Source: an uncultured Candidatus Rokubacteria bacterium
GTDB taxonomy: Bacteria > Methylomirabilota > Methylomirabilia > Rokubacteriales > CSP1-6
DNA: 64,000 nt
Direction: 5' to 3'
Assembly (NCBI GenBank): GCA_963762145.1
Contig: CAVXJS010000007.1
Coordinates: 64,001-128,000 of the forward strand
Part shown: in pieces, positions 58,724-64,000 of the stretch
Layout: each line of letters begins with the position of its first letter
Numbering within the stretch: the stretch's first letter is position 1
The notes under the pieces: model-generated
What the model saw: the letters and a program-made list of their open reading frames with translations, nothing else
Database searches by the model: none
Told to the model about the DNA's origin: nothing
Made by a program: the position numbers and the translations under genes

Positions 58724-59008
58724 CTACTTCTGGTCTTTCTTCTCGTCGGGGCCGGTGGACGCCTGCATCGTGACCTTGTCGCCCACGATGAGAAAGACCA
58801 CGGTTCCGTTCGAGGCGTTGTAGGTCCACTGCTCCACCGGGCCCAGCTTGCTGATGTCGGTCGGCTTGCCGAGCGCCCGCTCCAGCTCCGCGCGGGTGGC
58901 GACGCCGCGCGATTTCTGGATGAGATCCTCCTTGCTGCGGCTGCACCCCACGAGAAGACCGGCCGCGAGCAGCGTACAGACCAGCAGCCCCGCCCATGCT
59001 CGGATCAT
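58724..59008 (-). CDS. Small lipoprotein (SmpA/OmlA-like fold)
   Basis: Lipobox LVGC; TRAELERALGKP, EQWTY, VVF. Confidence 0.75.
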   Translation of the reverse strand: MIRAWAGLLVCTLLAAGLLVGCSRSKEDLIQKSRGVATRAELERALGKPTDISKLGPVEQWTYNASNGTVVFLIVGDKVTMQASTGPDEKKDQK

Positions 59009-59143
59009 CGCGTCCCTCCTTGAGCTACGGGCCGTCCCGGGAGCGTGGTCGGCCGTTCCGGCTGCCCGAGTCTATCAGAGTGCTCGGCGGCCGCGGGGGC
59101 GGGCGCGCGCTACGGCCGCGCGCGCCCGGGCGGTCTCGGCGGG

Positions 59144-59821
59144 CTACGGGTTCTTCGGGGCGGGGGCGACGGGCGGAGTGACGACGGCGGGAGTCACCAC
59201 GGCGGGTGCCGCGACGGGCGTCGCGGAACGGCCGCGCATCTCGGCGTACTTCGCCTTCAGGTCGCGGATCAGGGCCGCGAACGACGAGCTCCGGATGATC
59301 CGATCGAACTGCCCTCGATAGTTCGCCACGAAGCTCACGCCGGAGACCGCGACGTCGTAGACCACCCAGCGGCCGCCGACCTGGTGGAGACGGTAGTCCA
59401 CCGGAACCTCCGCGCCGCGTCCGGTCACGATCTTGGAGCGGACGGTGGCGAACTCGCCATCCACGTGCTCGCTCAGGTACACGACCTGCTCGCCCGCGTA
59501 GCTCTCGAGCCGTCCGATGTAGGCGCGGCCGAGGAGCTGCTTGAACACCGTGACGAACTCGGCCTGCTCCTGCGGGGTGCGGTCGCGCCAGTGCAGCGCC
59601 AGCGAGCGGCGAGACATCTCCTGGAAGTCGAAGAGGCGATCGGCGATGCGCTGGACCTCGGCCCGCCGCTGCTCCAGGGGAAGGGCCGCGGCGAGCTGCC
59701 CATCCTGGACGATCTGCAAGACTTGCTCGGTGGCCGCCTGCACGACCTGGGTCGGGCTCGTTTCGGGTTGCGCTCCGCTGCCCGCCGCGAGCAGGAGCCA
59801 CATCGCCAGTGCCTTTTGCAT
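59144..59821 (-). CDS. mlaC: MlaC/Ttg2D family periplasmic protein
   Basis: FDFQEMSRRSL..HW, VDYRL, WVVYDV.VSGVSFVANYRGQF. No mlaFEDB nearby. Confidence 0.85.
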   Translation of the reverse strand: MQKALAMWLLLAAGSGAQPETSPTQVVQAATEQVLQIVQDGQLAAALPLEQRRAEVQRIADRLFDFQEMSRRSLALHWRDRTPQEQAEFVTVFKQLLGRAYIGRLESYAGEQVVYLSEHVDGEFATVRSKIVTGRGAEVPVDYRLHQVGGRWVVYDVAVSGVSFVANYRGQFDRIIRSSSFAALIRDLKAKYAEMRGRSATPVAAPAVVTPAVVTPPVAPAPKNP

Positions 59822-59889
59822 GATTCCCCCTGGGGCACCTGCGCCGGTGGACCGGACGCACGGTCGCTGCTCTCCCCGCGGGAAGACAG

Positions 59890-59905
59890 AGCATGGCGCA
59901 TGCCA
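59890..59905 (-). promoter_or_regulatory. Sigma-54 promoter candidate for the mlaC-like gene
   Basis: TGGCATGCGCCATGCT (GG-N10-GC). Confidence 0.45.
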
Positions 59906-60005
59906 GGCAAGCTGCCGGCTAACCGGCTGGATTTGTGGTCCGCCGCCGGGCCGCGGCGTGATGCGACTCGTCAGCGGCAGGACGCTCGTCAGGAGCCGGA
60001 CGGGA

Positions 60006-60387
60006 TCAGGAAACGAACGCGGCCAGGCTCTCCCGTACGAGGTTCTGCAGCGCCGACGACGTCGAACGGCTTGGTGAGGATCGGCACCGTGAGGTCTCCG
60101 AGGAGGCCGGCATAGTCGGTGTGCTCGGAGGTGCCGGTGATGAAGACGAAGCGGCGGGCCAGCTCGGGCCGGTTCTGCTCCAGCTCCCGGTACAGACCGA
60201 GCCCGTCGAGCCCGGGCATGCGCAGATCGCTGAGGATGAGGTCGTACGCGTGGCGGTCGATGCGCTCGAGCGCAACGAGACCGTCCGACGCCGTATCCAC
60301 GTCGTATCCGTCACCGCCCAGCACGTCGGTGATGAGCTGCGCGATGATGGGCTCGTCGTCCACCACGAGAATTCTGGGAGCGGCCAT
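60006..60387 (-). CDS. Single-domain response regulator (frameshift near 60055)
   Basis: ILVVDDE, SDLRMPGLDG, FITG, KPF. Confidence 0.88.
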
Positions 60388-60400
60388 GGCCGCTTGAGAG

Positions 60401-60416
60401 AGCAAGACGCGGGCCA
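60401..60416 (-). promoter_or_regulatory. Sigma-54 promoter of the response regulator
   Basis: TGGCCCGCGTCTTGCT (GG-N10-GC), 13 nt before the ATG. Confidence 0.6.
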
Positions 60417-60508
60417 GCCGGATACGGCCGGAAATCAGCCGATTCGGCCGAGTTGGCGGCGCGCCGCTCCAGAAATCGTCAGGGCCGGGCCGGAAAACAG
60501 CACCGCGG

Positions 60509-61594
60509 CTACGCAGGCTGGAGGCGCCGCCGAGCCACCACGCCGCGGATACCGAGCCAGAGCCGGCCGATGCCCACGAGGAGAGCCATCAGCGCCGCGT
60601 ACGCGAGCGCGTACCACCACCAGTTGTTCAGCGCGAGACCGAGCCACTCCTTGGCGAGCGTGAGCACGATCAGGTGATGGAGGAAGTAGAGCATCAGCGC
60701 CGTGCGGCCGAGGACCACCAGCCATCCGGCGGGCAGGCGCTTGACCTCGACCGCGTAGTACGCGAGGCCGAGCAGGCAGAAGACGGAGCCCAGGCCCAGG
60801 AACGTGCTGATCCCGCGCGGGGTCCAGTGGCTGTTGACGATGAAGTCGCGCTTGAAGGCCAGCGACAGATGCAGCGGGGTGCCGTGCGCCCAGTCCCAGA
60901 TCGCGAACACGGCCAGGCCGACGAGGCCGGCCGCGGTCATGCGCGCCAGGTAGCGGGCGCGCCGCTCGGCGGTGTCCTGGAGCGCGAAGACCCAGCCCAG
61001 CGAGAGCCCGATCCACACGATGGCGAGCCACGGCCACGGGGGGAACTCGAAGAAGAAGATCCGCCCGAGCGTGCGATGGTCGGGCAGCCACGCCGAGATG
61101 TGCGCGTGATAGATCGAGAACAGCGCGTAGAAGGCGAGGGCGAACGCCACCAGGAGATATCGGGCCGACCGCCGGTGCAGGACCAGCATCGGCGGCAGGG
61201 CCAGGATGATGCCGAGCCCGATGGTCTGCAGCACGCCCCATTCCCAGAACGGCTCGTCGCGGAACACGACCAGGTTGAGCGCCCAGCCCGCCAGCATCAG
61301 CTTCGCCCCGCGCTGGAGGAACTTCGCGGCGACGCCGGGGCCGATCGGGGCGCCCGCCTGGCGCCGGGGCGCGAACGACAGGGGCAGGCAGAAGCCGACC
61401 AGGAACAGGAAGAGCGGCGCGCCCACCGCCATGGTCACGTAGATCATGTTGTAGCGCGGCCAGCCCATGGTGCCGTCCTGCCACCAGCGGCCGGTGTGGT
61501 TCGCGATCATGAGCAGCAGGGCGAAGCCCCGCACCGCATCCAGGAACTGCAGCCGGTCCGCGGAACCGCCGCCGCCCGAGCTGGCCGCCGCCAT
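60509..61594 (-). CDS. Heparan-alpha-glucosaminide N-acetyltransferase-like (DUF1624) membrane protein
   Basis: RLQFLDAVRGFALLLMIANH, PLFLFLVG, GVLQTIG, FPPWPW, LGRTALMLYFLH. Confidence 0.85.
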   Translation of the reverse strand: MAAASSGGGGSADRLQFLDAVRGFALLLMIANHTGRWWQDGTMGWPRYNMIYVTMAVGAPLFLFLVGFCLPLSFAPRRQAGAPIGPGVAAKFLQRGAKLMLAGWALNLVVFRDEPFWEWGVLQTIGLGIILALPPMLVLHRRSARYLLVAFALAFYALFSIYHAHISAWLPDHRTLGRIFFFEFPPWPWLAIVWIGLSLGWVFALQDTAERRARYLARMTAAGLVGLAVFAIWDWAHGTPLHLSLAFKRDFIVNSHWTPRGISTFLGLGSVFCLLGLAYYAVEVKRLPAGWLVVLGRTALMLYFLHHLIVLTLAKEWLGLALNNWWWYALAYAALMALLVGIGRLWLGIRGVVARRRLQPA

Positions 61595-61608
61595 CGTGCG
61601 CCGTCTCG

Positions 61609-63247
61609 CTAGCGCGGGTGCTTGGCCGGTGTCCGCCGCGGGGCGAAGAACAGCGGGCGGTCCATCCGGCCCACCGGCACCTCGACGAGCACCGGGCGAT
61701 CCTTGTCGATGGCCTCGCGCACGAGGCGGCCGACCTCGGTCGGCTCCTTGGCCCGCATGCCGAGGACGCCGTAGGCGTCGGCCAGCTTCATGAAGTCCGG
61801 GTTCTGGAGCTCCGCGCCGTACTGGCCGCCCCAGGACTCGTCGAGATCGCGCGCCACGTTGCCGTACGAGCTGTCGTTGAACACCACCGCCACCACGTTG
61901 ATGCCGTGGCGGGCCGCGGTGGAGAGCTCCTGCGCGTTGAAGAGGAAGCCGCCGTCGCCCGAGACCGAGACCACCGGCCGGTCCGGCCGCGCGACCTTGG
62001 CGCCGAGGGCCACCGGATAGGCGTAGCCGAGATTGCCGGAATACGATGACGAGAGATAGGTCCGCGGCTCGTAGACCGGCCAGAACGGCCGCGAGTAGTA
62101 GCCGATCTGGGTCATGCCCGCGACCAGGATGGCGTTCTCGGGGGTCGCGGCCCGGAGAGACTTGATGATCGACGCGTTGGGCTCCATCGTGTTGTCGGCC
62201 GCGATCCTCGCGCGGAGCGCCTCGTGCTCCGCCTTCCGGGAGGCCCGGGGCGGCGAGGCCGCGCGCAGCCGCTCGAGCAGGGCCTCGAGGGTGGCGCGCG
62301 CGTCGCCGACCAGGCCGAGGGTGTCCTTGTGGTTGCGGCCGATCTCGCGCTCGTCCGCGTCGATCTGGACGATGCGCGTCCCCGGCTTGAAGGTCGACCA
62401 GGGCCAGGCGCGTGCCCACCGCGAGCACCACGTCCGCCTCGTGCACGTGGTTGCGGAGCGGCGAGTCGCGCCAGTAGGCGGCGCCGAGCGAGAGCGCGTT
62501 GTGGTCGCTCACCGCGCCCTTGCCCTCGGCGGACTGGGCCACGCCGGCCTGCAGGTGCTCGGCCACCGCGGCGAGCGCGTCGTGCGCGCCGGAGAGATGG
62601 ACGCCGCCGCCCGCGTAGATGAGCGGCGCGCGCGCGCCCAGCAGCAGCTCGGCCGCGCGGTCCACGTCGCGCGCGGCGGCCGCGGGCCGGGGGACCTCGG
62701 CGGGCGGCAGCAGCTCGGCGAGGCCCTCGTCCTCCATCGTCTCGGGCGGCATCTCGAGCTCGACCGGGCGCGGCCGGCCCGACCGGAGCTGGACGGCCGC
62801 CTCGCGCACCGCGGCGGGAATGTCGGCGACCTGGAGCACGCGCTTGCGCCACTTGGTGACCGGCGTGATGCAGTCGAGCTGGTCGTTGACCTCGTGGAGC
62901 AGGCCGATGTCCTTGCCGATGCTGTCGCGCGGGATCTGGCCGGAGAGGATCAGCACCGGCGAGGAGGCCGAGTAGGCGGTGGAGAGGCCCGACATCGCGT
63001 TGAGCAGGCCGGGGCCCGGCACGACGAGCGCGGTGCCGAAGCTGCCGCCCGCGCGCGCGTAGCCGTCGGCCATGAAGCTGGTGGCCTGCTCGTGGCGCGT
63101 GGTGATGAAGCGGATCCGCGGCTCGTCGCGCAGGGCCGCCATCACCCCGTAGAGCTGCACGCCGGGCAGCCCGAAGATGACGCGGACGCCTTCGGTGTAG
63201 AGGGAGCGTACCAGCGCTTCGCCGCCCGTCATCGGTGTCGCCGCCAT
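61609..63247 (-). CDS. Thiamine pyrophosphate-binding protein (acetolactate synthase-like), frameshift near 62395
   Basis: FGLPGVQ, RHEQATSFMADGYAR, PGPG, GDGGFLF...FND. Confidence 0.9.
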
Positions 63248-63273
63248 GTCTCGTCTCTCCTGTGGTCTCCGCC

Positions 63274-64000
63274 TCAGGGCGCCTGCACGGCGCCGGCCTG
63301 GGCGAGATCGTCGATCGCACGGTCCTTGTAGCCCAGCAATGAGGTCAATACGGCGCGGGTGTGCTCGCCGACCCGGTAGGGCGCCGGTCCCGCCGGCGTG
63401 ACCGCGCGGCCGTCGAGCTGGAACGGCGCGGCGGTGACGCGTACCTCGCCGCGGGCCGGATGCGGCACGGTGGGGAACGCGCCGCGCGCCTGCAGGTGGG
63501 GATGCGCGACGACCTCTTCCGGCATGAGCACCGCGCGCGGCGGGGATGCGGGCATCGCGCAGCGCGGCCAGCGCCTCGTCCACCGTGGCGAACCGCGCGA
63601 GCCACTCGCCGATGATGTCGCGCAGCGCGGACCAGTTGCGCCGCCGCTGGTCCGGTGTCTCGAAGCGCGGGTCGGAGGCCAGGTCGGACCGGCCGAGCAG
63701 CGCCTGCAGGCGCGGCCACAGCGCGGCGGCGCCGCCGGTCTGGAGCGCGAGGTGGCGGCCGCCCACCGCGAACACGCCCATGGCCGGCCGCGGGGAGCCC
63801 TGCGTCTCGCCGCCGTTCAGCACCGCGGCGTAGGAGACGTCGTCGGCCGCGATCAGGGCCTCGAGCATCGACACGTCGAGGTACGCCCCTTGCCCGGTCC
63901 GATCGCGTCGCCGGAGAGCGGCCAGGATGGCGCCGAAGGCGTGCGTGCCGGCCAGCACGTCGGCGGCCTGGAGGTTGGACGCGCGCGGCGACGGCTGATC
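63274..64000 (-). CDS. CoA-transferase family III (5' end outside the window; frameshift near 63535)
   Basis: PRASNLQAADVLAG, TGQGAYLDVSMLEAL, DPRF, GEHTRAVL; close paralog of 50349-51560. Confidence 0.88.

Noticed and set aside
59150-59225. Short repeat PVAAPAVVTPAVVTPPVAPAP at the end of mlaC
   Set aside because: An ordinary low-complexity Pro/Ala tail with only two near-identical 15-nt units.
60509-63958. 1149-aa ORF appearing to fuse a CoA-transferase, a TPP enzyme and a DUF1624 protein
   Set aside because: Frameshifts near 63535 and 62395 bypass the true stops. The missing C-termini are present in other frames (63274-63555, 61609-62187).
1-64000. CRISPR array, tRNA/rRNA, transposase, integrase, prophage or known defence genes
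   Set aside because: No regularly spaced direct repeats, RNA gene signatures or recombinase motifs were found by eye. A covariance-model scan was not possible.

Overview
Very GC-rich, densely coding bacterial DNA with about 57 genes. Gene content and intergenic palindromes suggest Candidatus Rokubacteria (Methylomirabilota), but this is inference only. Many genes carry single-base frameshifts, concentrated at 1-4.6 kb and 11.8-14.7 kb, most consistent with uncorrected long-read errors. Contents in order: S9 peptidase; PQQ/sorbosone dehydrogenase plus di-haem cytochrome c; thioesterase; an orphan UreE-like gene; an Ltp2-like thiolase/DUF35/amidohydrolase/IclR operon; a stress block (hemerythrin, large catalase KatE, MEDS-GAF hybrid kinase, Fet4-like protein); a complete Dpp/Opp-type ABC transporter; LLM oxidoreductases; a CHASE3 hybrid kinase; a CHASE2 / small secreted protein / M48 protease operon; a BCAT; a transglutaminase divergent from an Anbu proteasome-like protease that reads in frame into an aldehyde:ferredoxin oxidoreductase; an aldolase/SBP/dehydratase cluster; msrA; mtgA; TAXI; mlaC; and two CoA-transferase III paralogs. 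No rRNA, tRNA, CRISPR array or transposase was seen. Best candidates for undescribed biology: (1) the three-gene operon of output-less CHASE2 + 'GATRG' secreted protein + M48/TPR lipoprotein protease; (2) six sigma-54 -24/-12 promoters, three of which predict near-leaderless mRNAs; (3) the AOR-aldolase-dehydratase cluster resembling a non-phosphorylative sugar-acid pathway.
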